Shown in pieces: positions 12,742 to 25,892 of a stretch of 64,000 nucleotides of DNA. A program made the position numbers and the translations under genes. This DNA is from Calcarisporiella thermophila CBS 279.70. Taxonomy: Eukaryota > Fungi > Calcarisporiellomycota. Under the pieces are notes generated by a model, which did no database searches, was not told the DNA's origin, and worked only from the letters and a program-made list of their open reading frames with translations. The stretch is from assembly GCF_041956535.1 (NCBI RefSeq), contig NW_027192193.1:112366-176365 (forward strand). The letters are read 5' to 3'. Position 1 is the first letter of the stretch. Each line of letters begins with the position of its first letter.

Positions 12742-13980
12742 ATGAAAACCATCCTTTTCCTTGTTCTGTTTGCGCTAGTCGCAATCCTCGTCCAAGGCCA
12801 ACAACCCAAGGATGACAAGAAAGACGACAAGAAAGCCGACAAGAAGCCCGACGACAAGAAGCCTGCTGATGACAAGAAGCAAGTCCAAGTCCTCCCCGTT
12901 GGCCCGCCCCCTCCCATCCCAACCGGCCCCGTGCTGGGCGAGTGGCCCGACAACACCGTCTCCCCTCAGCCCAGGGAGGAATGGCTCAAACTCGTCGACT
13001 TGACCAAGGTTCCCGATGTTCCCCTCACCGATCCCCAGAAAGGTCCCCAGTGCGAGCTGCTGAAGAATGCATGCAACTTCGCTTGTGGCAAATGCACTCG
13101 CCCTGACACCGACGTAATGGCGTGCCCGGAACAGGACCAGTGGGCCATCACCTACGACGACGGGCCAACGGAGTTCACGACCAAGCTGCTGGACTACTTG
13201 GATTCGATCAATCAGAAAGCGACCTTCTTCATCCTTGGCTTCCGCGCTCGCAACAACACCGAGATTCTGCGACGGGCATACCGGTCTGGTCACCATATCG
13301 CCTCCCACACGTGGACCCACTCCTCGCTTACCTCCCTCTCGAACGATCAGATCATCGGAGAGATCAAGTGGACGGAGCAGTTCATCCGTGAGGCCATCGG
13401 CGTCACCCCCACCTACCTGCGCGCTCCCTTCGGTGATGTGGACGATCGCGTGCGTGCCATTGCCAAGCAGCTCGGCTACAAGATCATCGGGTGGAACCGC
13501 GACACCGACGACTGGAAGGTCGGCGTCCCCGGCTCCGGCGTGTCCAAGGCCACCATCGTCGCCAACTACACAAACTGGGTCAAAAATCCCCCGGCTGCCA
13601 CCGTTGGCTTGGCCAAGGGCAAGGGTGTCATTTCGCTGCAGCACGATCTTTACGCCGAGACCGTGGAGGCCGCGATCGAGTCCATCAACATCATCAAGCA
13701 GAAATACAAGCCCATGGCCGTTGCGCAGTGTCTCGGTGACAAGACCCCCTATGCGGAGAAGAACGCCGTGTTCGACCCCAACCAGCCGCCCGCGCCCGCC
13801 AATGCTTCTTTGAGTGCCAACAACCCCGCTGCCACCTCTCTCGTTGCCGATGCGACCAAGGCCAGCGGTGCTGCCCAGTCGGCCAATGCCACGCCCGGAA
13901 ACAAAACGTCCGGCGCCGAGCTAGCTCGCCCCATGGCGTTGACCGCGGTCGCCTTGTTGCTTGCTCTTATTATGTGCTAA
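12742..13980 (+). CDS. Chitin deacetylase (CE4/NodB), secreted, probably GPI-anchored; intronless
   Basis: Signal peptide; CE4 motifs TYDDGP, HTWTH, RAPFG, DTDDW, LQHD; hydrophobic C-terminal tail. Confidence 0.95.
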   Translation: MKTILFLVLFALVAILVQGQQPKDDKKDDKKADKKPDDKKPADDKKQVQVLPVGPPPPIPTGPVLGEWPDNTVSPQPREEWLKLVDLTKVPDVPLTDPQKGPQCELLKNACNFACGKCTRPDTDVMACPEQDQWAITYDDGPTEFTTKLLDYLDSINQKATFFILGFRARNNTEILRRAYRSGHHIASHTWTHSSLTSLSNDQIIGEIKWTEQFIREAIGVTPTYLRAPFGDVDDRVRAIAKQLGYKIIGWNRDTDDWKVGVPGSGVSKATIVANYTNWVKNPPAATVGLAKGKGVISLQHDLYAETVEAAIESINIIKQKYKPMAVAQCLGDKTPYAEKNAVFDPNQPPAPANASLSANNPAATSLVADATKASGAAQSANATPGNKTSGAELARPMALTAVALLLALIMC

Positions 13981-14939
13981 TCTTGTTACCCGACCGCCAC
14001 ATCCCTAAATCATCTTATCTAATTGTTAATCGCCTTAAACATTTCTTCCTATAAATTTTTGCTTAATCGCTCCACCTTGATGTCCATCTTTGCTCAAATA
14101 GACTCCATCCTAAATTTCTACTGAATATGTCACCTGAAAGCAGCAAGCCGGAAAAAAAAATTGCTAAGACCCGAAGACTTGGGGGGAGACTTGTTTGCAC
14201 ATGGTTGCATGGTGACTTCTTGTGCGGTTGGCCAGGTTGTGCTTGTTTATGTGGAGGATTATCTAAACTAGGCCTTGACATGCGTCTGCTTTTCTAAGCG
14301 ACAGAGAGGGCTTAGAATAGAAAAAGGCGGAGGCTGGTGCGATAGCGCAGAGAAATTAAAGGTCGGATCGAATAGGGAAGAATGGAGAGATTTAACGGTA
14401 GAATATAAGTCCACCAACTGTTGCAGTTCTATAAATTAAGTACAGAACCTATAATTCACATATTTAGCAGGAAAGGGGGCCTTCAAGGGAGGATCGGCCA
14501 CCCTTATTGCGAGCGTTTATAATTTCTAAAACCGAATACGCGGGTAGATTGGTGGGAACGAAGTAAGAAAGCCATGGTGGTTAGCCAATTTAGGAGTTAT
14601 GAAAATGGTCTCGCCTGAAGGAATAGATAGAGAGGGGGGAATAAGGTGGAAGGGGTGTTCCAGTGTTTCTCAGTAATATCCTTTTCTTCCTCCCTCTATC
14701 CTCTCCTTCTCTTCCCCCTTCCCTCCCCCTCCCCCTCTTCCCTCCTCACCCCGCGTTCGAGACTCTCGTTTCCGCAAGCCCTCGTCCCTCTCCTCTCTCC
14801 AATTATCCCCTACACTAAGTCTATTTGACCTGTGCCCTTCGTGTGCTTGCTTCTAATGCAAAATTGAGGGCCTATCCTCTCTTTTTCCACTTCTAAATTA
14901 CTCAAGCACACAGGAATTTCTTTCTTTTTCTAAACCGTC

Positions 14940-16472
14940 ATGCGTTTCCAGCTCTTCATTACTGCTCTCGGCATCTCCATGCTACTTGCTGATGCCCAAG
15001 TTCCTGGCCAAATGCGGCCGGACACGACAGTAGCTAAGGATGGAATCTTGGTGACCGATCAGGTTAAGGAAATGGGAAAAATGCAACCGGGAGTAGCTTC
15101 TAGGGCGAAAGAGGTCATACCTCCTAGTAGCCCGAAGGAAGTGCTAGGCCCGACTCCGGGGGGCTTGCGTAAAGACACAACTCAGGGCGTTCCTGCGAAA
15201 GACGTCACCACGAAGGATGCAGCCCCAGTGGTGCTCCCCCCTCCGCTCCCTCCGGGTCAATGGCCCGCGCCAGATAGCCCCCCGCCTTTCCAGCCTGAAT
15301 GGAAGAATCTTGTCGACTGGTCAAAGGTTCCAAATGCGCCTCAGTCCCAGAGAGGAGCTTTTCCGAAATGCGTCGCTGGAAAAGACGAATTTTGTTCGTG
15401 GACTTGCACGGGATGCACGAGGAATGATACGGACGTGTTGGTGTGCCAGGACAAGGGTGTATGGGGACTTACCGTGAGTTGCTTTGGATCTCTTGAGTTG
15501 TAGATAGACACCTTGTGAGTGAACATCTTTTCTTGTGCGGTTTTTTTACTATCCTATAGTATGACGATGGACCTACCGACAACTCTGCTCAACTTTTTGA
15601 CTACCTGGACTCCATTTCCCAAAAGGCAACCCTCTTCGTGATCGGCTCTCGCGCCCTAGACCACCCCGACTTGTTGAAACGCGCGTATCGCTCCGGTCAT
15701 CACATCGCCTCGCACACTTGGTCCCATCGTCCCCTTACCTCGCTCAGCAATGAGGAAATCGTTGCAGAAATGAAATGGACCGAGCTGATCATTAAAGAAA
15801 GATTGGGGATTACGATCAAGTACGCCAGACCTCCCTATGGCGACATAGATGATCGCGTCCGGGCAATCCTGAAGCAACTGGGCTACAAGATTGTGATCTG
15901 GAATCGGGACTCGAATGACTGGATGGCCGGCGAGATGAAAAGCTTTAACCCTCAGGTAAGTCGACGAGAAAACCCTCTCTAGGAAAATGTCCATCTAATA
16001 TTGCTATTCCCTGCAGTGGATCGATGAGAACTTTACCAAGTGGGAGTCGGAGGCTCCCAACCTGAACACCGGCGTGATTTCCTTGCAGCACGATCTCTAC
16101 CCGGTGGCGGTTTCGGCCGCAATCCGCGTGCTACCTGGATTAAGGAAGGTGTTCAAAGTTGGTAAGTGATTGTGTGCTAATGCTAGCTAACGATTATGCA
16201 TTTAATTCCTTGGTATGAAATCGGGTGTTTTATTAGTTCCTGTCGCCAGTTGTCTCAACGACTCCCACCCCTATGTCGAAGATGTGCCCTATCCTACCCT
16301 AACTCAAATTCTTACCACCAATACATCGGCCACCAGTACCACAACATCACCGGTGAACCCCGCGACGGTGCCGCCCATGATTGCGCCGGAGATGAATACT
16401 GCGCCCCCGCAGATCCTCCTGGCAAGTTGGTGGATCGGAGTGGTGGGTGTGCTTATGGTTCTGTTTGCGTAA
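14940..16472 (+). CDS. Chitin deacetylase paralog 2, three introns
   Basis: Signal peptide; T|YDDGP across intron 15474-15559; HTWSH, RPPYG, DSNDW, LQHD; further introns 15956-16016 and 16162-16236; hydrophobic C-terminus. Confidence 0.93.
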
Positions 16473-17546
16473 ATTAAGCGAAATTTAGTTATTATCTATT
16501 TCCCGTATAATTTTTAATTCTCCCGAGGTTTCTCTGCTCCGCTGCAGATCTTTTCACTCCTCCCACCCCAGACTCGCTTGGGGTGGACAACATTTCTTCA
16601 TCCGCTTTTTCATCTAACCATCGCATTCTCCCGAAAGGATAATTGTTTTTTTTTTTCGCCCCGCTATATATTTTGATTTGGAATTTAATATATAACCTGC
16701 CTACACTTTAAAGCTATTCTCCCTGCGCCCAGAAAAATCACTTACAGGACGCATTAGCTAAGACAAAAATGGGGGCGAAGGGGGAAGGGATTGTTTTCTT
16801 GTAGTATTCTTCAGTGAATGGAAGCTTTCCCCCAAAGGACGATAAACAAGCCTCATACCTATAATAGTATATAGTGATGTCGGATCTATTCAATTCCCAA
16901 GCGTGCAACTGGAACAACATTTGGGTGCATGAATTCGGCCTGTCAAAAGGAAATGATCAGTGGGGGCACACTGTAAAATGGGCTAAGTCGGCTTGGGAAA
17001 GGCAGGATAGTGTCTAGAATATTAATTACATATCCCTTCCCGCTATAATAAGCATGCCCCCCATTATCTTCTTGTACCTGGTTTCTACAACCCCTGCTTG
17101 TCGACTCTTCAACCATATCAGCAATTAATTTCCCATATATGAAAATGCAAGAGCCATTTATGGGAATCACCAATTTAGGTTCTCCCCACAGAGGTTCTGA
17201 TTACACCTAAAGAACATTCGTCTTTCAACGACTATATAACCTATTCGCGAGTATGTTTAAGAGTACGGGGAGGTGATGTTCAAACGATACAATACCACTT
17301 TCTACTTGGCTAATTAAAAAATCTACAAGTAAGGCCTTCCTTACCCGCCCCGTCACCCAATGGCACCTAAGCTCACAGCAGGTTTTATATATGCCACTCG
17401 ACGAAATTTTATTTTCCTGTTCTCATTCATTCATCTTTGATGGATTCAGGATTTCTCCTCTTGTCTTGTTGTTTTTATTTATTGCTCTTCTCATTCAACC
17501 TGTCCGCTCTCTAGTTGTTCTCCCTACTTCATCTCCATTCCTGAAT

Positions 17547-18857
17547 ATGGTCACGACACAGCTAGTGCCCAAGAGCCCTATTGTACTTCCCTATGACTCG
17601 GACTCGTCCTTCGACGAGGAAATCACCTCGGTATCCTCCCCAACTTCCTCTCTGAATAAAAAGCAACCCCGTAGCCGCACCCAGGAGCTGGCCGACTTCC
17701 TGGCCACCACGGGGCCAGAGCTACTGATTGCGTCCCCGCATGCGCAGGAACACTCCCCCAAGAAGCTGGGGCGGCTGTTCTTCAAACGGCAGGAAAAGGA
17801 AAGGGAGGGAGGCGGGACAGCCGGGTTGGCCCAGAAAGGAGTTAGGACCAACGGGGGGAAGAAATATGTGCCGCTAGTGACGCCGTATAGCATCGGAATA
17901 GATTACGGAGGCGACGAACAGATGGTGGGAAGGAAGCGGCGAGACTCCTCCATCCTCGCCGAAACCATTGTGCGCACCACCGTCTCGAATTTCATGCCTC
18001 GTGCCCTCCCCACCGTCGACACTTCCCCTCTCTCGATTCCCGAAGAATTAAACGCAGAGTTGAGGATGAAAACCAATTTGTCTGTGACGGACGAGGCGCC
18101 AACATCGGAGTCGGTCGCCATGGATGATGCCGCAATAGAATCGAGAGGCCAAGTATTGCGCGCGGGCCAGAAAAATGGCGAGAAAATGCTGGGATATTAC
18201 TCGGAGGGAGAATCCAAGTCCCGAGAGCGTGCGAGGGAACAGGCAGAGAGGCAAAGGCGGCCGGAAAAAATTGTGAAAAGTCCAAGTATCTCTTCGCAAT
18301 TCACAGAAGAGGAGCCAGAGCCTGACCGGGACACGGGGGCAGCCCTCGGTGAGGAGTACATTGAATACCTTGAACGAGAAATCATCGCCATAAGCAAGAA
18401 TGATCCTGGTTCTCCCTCGCAATCGTACGGAATCATCGTTTGCCGCCGCCATGTTCAGACCCAGACCGAGATCAACGTCTCCCACACTCCTTCCCAGACC
18501 CAGCCGCCTCTTTCTGCTTCCGAACCCCCTTCTGATCTGACCTCGGGCCCTCGACACAGTCCGGGTGACCTCCAAAAGAAGCTCCACGCCATCAACCACC
18601 AGCTTGCTGCCGAGAAGCGAGCAAGACATAGGCTTATTGCGGCCATCCGCGACTCGCGCGACAAATTCGAGGCCCTTAGCGCCGCTGCCTATCGAAAGAT
18701 CCGAGAGCTGATGGGTGAGCGGGAAATGTTGTTGCGCGAGGCTGGCGAGCTGAGGGAACGTTGCGCGAAGCTGGAGGGGCTCGTGTTGGAGCAGCTGCAG
18801 GGCCATGTGCGCGGGCAAAGCACAGCAAGCGGCCATAAAATGGTGTCCGTGATGTAG
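17547..18857 (+). CDS. Uncharacterised disordered protein with C-terminal coiled coil
   Basis: Long intronless ORF (likely start MVTTQ at 17547; upstream ATG at 17391 reads through pyrimidine-rich UTR-like sequence). SRTQELADFLATTGP motif, HVQTQT motif, heptad-rich C-terminus. Confidence 0.8.
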   Translation: MVTTQLVPKSPIVLPYDSDSSFDEEITSVSSPTSSLNKKQPRSRTQELADFLATTGPELLIASPHAQEHSPKKLGRLFFKRQEKEREGGGTAGLAQKGVRTNGGKKYVPLVTPYSIGIDYGGDEQMVGRKRRDSSILAETIVRTTVSNFMPRALPTVDTSPLSIPEELNAELRMKTNLSVTDEAPTSESVAMDDAAIESRGQVLRAGQKNGEKMLGYYSEGESKSRERAREQAERQRRPEKIVKSPSISSQFTEEEPEPDRDTGAALGEEYIEYLEREIIAISKNDPGSPSQSYGIIVCRRHVQTQTEINVSHTPSQTQPPLSASEPPSDLTSGPRHSPGDLQKKLHAINHQLAAEKRARHRLIAAIRDSRDKFEALSAAAYRKIRELMGEREMLLREAGELRERCAKLEGLVLEQLQGHVRGQSTASGHKMVSVM

Positions 18858-19465
18858 CATTTCTACCCACTCCCTCCTCCCACTCTCCTTCCCCATTCTC
18901 ATGCACCCTCCTTTCATAGCACCCTTTGTCTTCTCTCTGTAGTTGTTTATTAGGACCTGATTCGTTCATTTAAACATTTACTTTTTTTTTATCAACTTGC
19001 CTGAATCACCTTGTTCTTTTTTGTGTATTTATCCTTTATTTCCATTCCATACAGTATGTTTCTCTCTATCCTTAAACGAGAAGCTTTATATATAAATCTC
19101 GATTTTTTCGCATATAAATATATATATATTAGATAACGAGGGGAAAAATACAAAAAAGCAAGGACAGCTTGATGAATAATTATATATAAAATATGTTATC
19201 TAAATAAAGGAAAAAAAAAGAAAAAAAAATAAATAGACGAGGAAAATGTTGGATCAAAAGAAAAGAGGGGATATTTTAAGTGTTCGCTTTAATAAAGAAA
19301 AATAATAGAAATAGAAATAGAAATAAGGGCAAAAGGGAAAAGAGAGAGGTAAAAATACAATTGCAAAGTGAGGAGAAACGAAAGCAAAAGAAAAAGAGTA
19401 TAAAGCTAGAAATAGAATAGAAATGACCATAGATCTTCATTTTAAAGGGGTAAAGCGGGCTGAAG

Positions 19466-21700
19466 TTAGGCGCTTTTCTTGATCCATTTTCCAATAAGAA
19501 TTTGTAGGTCTCTTATCACGAACCCACAGACCCCGTCGCCGAGCACCTGGCACCAGTGCTGCAGCTTGGAAATAATGAGGGATTGCTGCTGCGCACGCAC
19601 AAAATCTCCCTCCTCCACCCGAAGCCATGCCTTCTCTAGCGACTGAGCAAGCGTGAACAATCTCATGAGGGTGTCCACATAGGCAGTCTCGTCCGCCTGT
19701 TGCCGCACATTGCCAATGGAGCGCGAAATCTTCGAGCTCCACGCCATGATAGACGCGGCCTGATTTTTCTTCTTGCCCCGCAGACTTCCACTGGTCTCGA
19801 CGGAGACGCCCGAGGACGAAAAGGTCGCGGAATGGGTGGACGAGCCCGTGGTGGAGGCTCCCGCGCTGGTCAAGGAGAGGGTGCTCGAATTCCCCATCAG
19901 CATCAGCTTGGAGCCGGAGTTGGGTGACGGGGAGGTGTTCCACCGCAAACCCAGTTTCTTTGCCAGCATCGATTGGGCAGATACCAGAGCGGGCTCTATT
20001 GCATCCAATTCGCGCAGAAGGATCGAATTGTCCTCCAAATATTTGCTCTGGGCGAATTTGGTAAGCGCCTCACTCAACGCCTCGCACACTTGCACCTTAG
20101 CGTCTAGCTGGCCCAGCTTTGTCCCCTGCTGTAGCCACACCCCGCGAGGTATATACATCTTCGCGGTCAAATGCGCTCCCGATCGCATGCTTCGGTCCAG
20201 ATTGCGCATAAGCCAGAAGATGCGTTTAATGGGATCGGTGGGGGGAGCCTCGGATGGATCTGGGCCGGGAAGGGTGGGGCTGAACGAGAAGTAGTCGCTT
20301 CCAGTGCCTGAGGGGGATGCAGTGAGGGGAATTTGGAAGAACTGTGGGGTCATAGGACCTGGCGTGGACACATTAGAAAGCGAACCGTGAACGGAAGAGC
20401 GGGGGAAGTCGGCCGTTCCAGCAGAAAAGGAGCGTAGTTCCCGAGGAGTTCCGGGTGAGGTTGACTTTGCGCTGTGCAAAGGGCTGAGGGTCGGGCGCCT
20501 GGAGGGCAGCCCAAGTGTGAGGGGTGGCGGCTGCTTTCGAGAGATGGATGGGCTCGATTTCTTTGCCAGGCCGGGGACTTCTTCCGTAGTCCTCGGAGGG
20601 TTTTGCTCGTCAAAAGATTCCAGCGAACTCGAGGACGAATTGATCCAAGTTTGCTTCGAAGATGCCTTGATCGAAGACATTGAGCTCTGTTTTCTTGGGT
20701 GCAGCGAAGGGAATGGCTGGGGCGACTTGGGGTGGGGAGGGGTAGGCGGCTGTTCGGCCGTGGGTTTATCGGATAGAGGCGTGGTTCGCTCCCGCAGTGA
20801 CATCAGGGAGAGGCTTGAGCGCAGGGCTTTTGTTTTCGGGAGTGGAGGGACAGCCATTGCGGGGGAGGCAGCCCCTTTAGCAGAAGAGTCAGTAATATCT
20901 CCGGCCGTGAACGAGGTGTCCGAGTCTTCGTCGTTATCTTCAGAGTCGGACTCATGAGAGCGCATCGAGCGGTGCTCCCTCTCGTAATCGCTATCCTCCT
21001 CCGGCTGTTTAATGCGCGCTCTGCGTACAATCGGCTCTTCTGACTGAAGGTAGCCTAGGAGGGAAGGAAATGCGACATTTCTCGGACTCGGTTTGGAGTT
21101 AGAAATGGTGGTAGCAGGCAATGCTCGAGTTCCCGGCGGGTCATCATCTGATTTCGAAGCCTCATCATGAAAATTATGGGGCGAAGTTTGAGAGGATGGA
21201 GGCTCGTCGGCTGCAGCGGTTTTTGTTGTGTTTGGAACGGGTTCCGGGGGCTGTTCCTGCGCGAATCCTGGCTGTTCCAGAGGCTCCTGGTGGTATTTTT
21301 GGGGTTCCAGCGCGCTCATTAATACATGGATACGACTCTGATAAGTGTCATGCTGTAGTACATGGAATCATTAGTCAATTCTGCCCCCGTCTCGGACATT
21401 GCCTAATTCCACAAATATACTTACGATGTGTTTTAATTTCTTTCTTCTGTTCGAAGAATTCGTCATCTCCAGCAGATGCTTGAGTATTTCTACCGCCTCT
21501 CTATAGACATCAATAGCCTCGCTCAGTTTGTTCGCCTGATCCAGCAAAACCGCCATGTGCGCTTTGCTGTGTGCGGCATCCAGCATCTGCTTTAGAGTGG
21601 TGGATGATGGGAGCGCATTGATGGGAAGAGAGGGGCCGGGTGGAGAAGGATGGTGGAGAGAATTGGTCGGGAGGGGGTGCATTGTGTAAGCACTTGGCAT
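19466..21700 (-). CDS. MIT-domain protein with conserved helical C-terminal domain
   Basis: Exon 1 AHSKAHMAVLLDQANKLSEAIDVYREAVEIL...KLKHI joins HDTYQSRIHVL via intron 21353-21424 (MIT three-helix pattern). S/P-rich middle; C-terminal SMRSGAHLTAKMYIPRGVWLQ block. Confidence 0.85.
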
Positions 21701-22330
21701 TCCTTCCTCTAAGAGTGTTGTATACAGATGGCGACTTCAGGGGAGGGGCACTAAGATGGGGGGGGAAGAAGGAGCGAGACGGCGCAAAACTAATGACAGG
21801 GATGCAGGGGTGATCGCCTTGCACCATCAATCGTGAGAGGGGAGTCGATGATGGGCGATGCAGATTAAAAGATTAATATTGAATCGATGGTATATGGTCT
21901 TCACTCGGTTTTCTTCCCCTTTGCTTTTGTCCTCTAATGCGAAGTTGCACGAGTAATCAAGGAAAAAGAAATGACACGGAGCGGAGTTCCAACAGCCGGT
22001 CTCTGTTTGCTATCTCAGGCGGCTATCCATCTTGGGCCGTGGGTTCTCGAGAATTGGCCGGGAGGCCTCGATGGCTGCTGGGGACGTTAATAACCGTGAA
22101 ATCCTCCCTCTCAAGCGTCTCTCTGGAAAACCACGCTAGCAAATTAGAGGCTTGGGTTTGGTCTGGTACTGAAAACAATTGAGCGAGAATGCGAGCAGCA
22201 GGCCTTGACTCGCCCTCAACAGCACCCATCCACTCCGAACAGAGAAAAAGGCCCTGCGGCTTCTCATCCAACTCCCCCCCTCTCCCCCCACACTACCAAC
22301 TCCCAACCCGCAAACAAGCGCCTGCCCACG

Positions 22331-23250
<920 letters not shown>

Positions 23251-24329
23251 AGAGCAAATAGATACCTTTTTCGTTGGTTCTTTTATTTTTTTATTTTGCC
23301 TCCCTCGGTCCTTGGGCACTAATGAACGGGCGTACTATTATTATCCCTTGGCTATATTTTCTATCCGATTTCTTTTTCTTATATTACACTGTAACCCTAT
23401 TCTAGTACAAGAAAATAGTATATGTCCATTTCAGGAAGCCCTGCTGCTAGAATGGATTTCAGGCTTAATAAACCAGGAATGGAACACAGGTGATGGAATC
23501 TTTCTCAAAGGCCATGAGAGCATTCCACATTCCGGCTCTTCAGTGCATGCTAGGGCTTCGTTGGAGAAACACTAAAACTCATATTGATGACCAGGGGGTC
23601 TATCCCCAATGCTACCCATAGAATTATTAAATTGACATCGATCATCAAGCGGTTTATTGTTGATCCTAGATCTGCTTAGACTACTAGAGAGTCTAATTGA
23701 TTTGAGATAATACCCCCTGCCGGAGAAATGATCGAAACCGTACTTCGCCCAAGTGATGATCGAAGATAGATTAGAATTGAGATACGGGCACATAGGGGTC
23801 TCTCATAAGCTCTTGAGAACAATAATTGTTTTTCTTTTGAAAAAGCTACGATCGACTTCACCTAAATTGTATCAAAACTTAGGGTTAATATGAAGTGCAC
23901 CAATCCAGTAATAAGCAGACTATTCCGGGTGATTAAATGGTTAGCCTTTATTGTGCAGTCCATAATTTCCTATCCTACTCGATTAATTTGGATATTGCAT
24001 CCCGTTTTTATTAAAGGAGTAAGTTCTGCCCATTATTTCTATATATATATGTTTTCCAGCAACATCAGAGAATATAAGATGAAGAGAAACCAGATAGCAT
24101 TGTAGGCTAAGTATAATGTTAGCTTTCTTCACAGGCCAAATTTTCAGGCAAATGTGTCGTTAGCCGTTTTAAATTACGATGGCTTGGCTATATATCCAAT
24201 AGTGCTAATTTTTCAGAGCATTAACCAAGCAGGTCAACTCAATTAATTACGCGCATTAAGTAGATCATCGACGGGGAGTTCCAGTATCTGTTCATCGTTC
24301 GCAATATTTTTTCACTATAGAACAACCAG

Positions 24330-25380
24330 ATGACAGATAAATCTTCATTCACATTGCCACGAGACAATAAAGGATCGCCTATGGTATGTGTTTATCCCTC
24401 TCTTCAAATCTCTCTATACCCACTAATCTGCTTGTTGCAATAACCAGGAGCAGCAGCAAAATGAGCAGGCAGATCCATCGGTCCTGGTGTCGAAGCTCAA
24501 ATCACAGCTTACAGAACACTCAGCTCGTGAGGCAGAGCTATTGTGTAAATTGAAGCGGAAGGAAGAGGAAGTTCAGACATTGTTGGTAAGCTTTTTCCAT
24601 TTTACTTAATATATCTAAATCTGACCGCATCAATGTCATTTCGTCCTTTAGGGTGAGCTGCAGTCAATGGCGCAGAAGCTCGATGCATCGGCAGATGCCT
24701 CGAGCCAACGTCGGTTTCTGGACCCAGCTCTCAACGCATTATATCGTGACATGAAAAAAGAAATTGGAGAAAAAGACGAAATCATTGCAAATTTAAGAGA
24801 CGAGCTTGATGCAACCAGCTTTACACCCAACAGGTAGCAGGAACAATTGTCTACAAAGACGAACCATCCTGTTATTTACTTATAGACGGGTTTTTGAATC
24901 TAGTATGACAGGCAAGAGACTGGTCGCTAAATGCCGCGCTCTACAGCTGGAAAACGAAGAGCTCGGCCGGCAATTGCAGCAAGGCAGAGTGGAACAGTAT
25001 GAAACAGAGATATTGGTCCAGCGCAAATTAATCACCGAGCTTCGGGGTGCAATGCAAGGTATACTAATTTAAGTTGTAAAATGAGTTTAGGGTGGGTGAA
25101 GCCATATCTAATATTTTTATACAAAGAGTCGGATGATTTTGTAATATCTTTGGATCACGAACTTGAAGAAATGCAGGATATTGTCTTACGGTTACAGGCA
25201 AAGCTCAGCTGGTATGAAGAAAAATATGGCCCAATACCGCCCGACGCCAATTTCCCCTCCATGAACGATTTAAGCGACAAACTTGCATCCCAGCCAAGCT
25301 CAAACGAAACGGATGCCACCAAAGATATAGATATGGGATTTGTACAGAAGGAGGAGACGGTTCGGGATGCAAAGAGTTAA
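24330..25380 (+). CDS. WTAP: WTAP/Fl(2)d/FIP37/Mum2 m6A-writer adaptor subunit
   Basis: Spliced product contains FLDPALNALY...LRDELDATSFTPNSMTGKRLVAKCRALQLENEELGRQL, matching the WTAP signature LDPAIN...FTPDSxTGKxLMAKCRxLxxENxELG; coiled coil. Confidence 0.92.
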
Positions 25381-25892
25381 TGTTTGCAGTTTCATTTTTT
25401 CTGTTGTCAATTCGTTTTTCCGGCTTGTTTGTTATTTCCTCCATTGCTTATATGAAACCCTTCAGGTACTTTAACTATCGACTATATTCTAAAACTGCGT
25501 TTGTCTTTATTCTAGCTACCGAACATGGTTTGATCTTTTTTTCCTCATTGTCCTTGTATTTCCCAGTTTAAATATTTGTTTGATATCGGAATATTACCTC
25601 TCGTGAATTCGCTGATGCACTTCCAACTAGCTTTTGACATATCAAGCGGTCAAAAAATAAAATGTTAGTAAGTGGTTGGGCCAAGCGGTGAATTCCAAGT
25701 GTGAACAGAAAGTTACGGAGATTGCAAAATGACATTTATTATACCCGAGGATTAGGCAACATATGGACTTAAAGCATGATATATTATGACTGGAAATAGA
25801 ATTGAAGTTGATTAAACGAGAATATAATAAAATATAAACAACACTTTATCATTGGAGCGAATCGATTTCTATTTGACATCCTTTCCGCAGGC

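Noticed and set aside
12775-13644. Long antisense ORFs (also 18048-18917, 33618-34286, 38979-39854, 60848-61525)
   Set aside because: Expected shadows of GC3-rich sense genes; no independent motifs.
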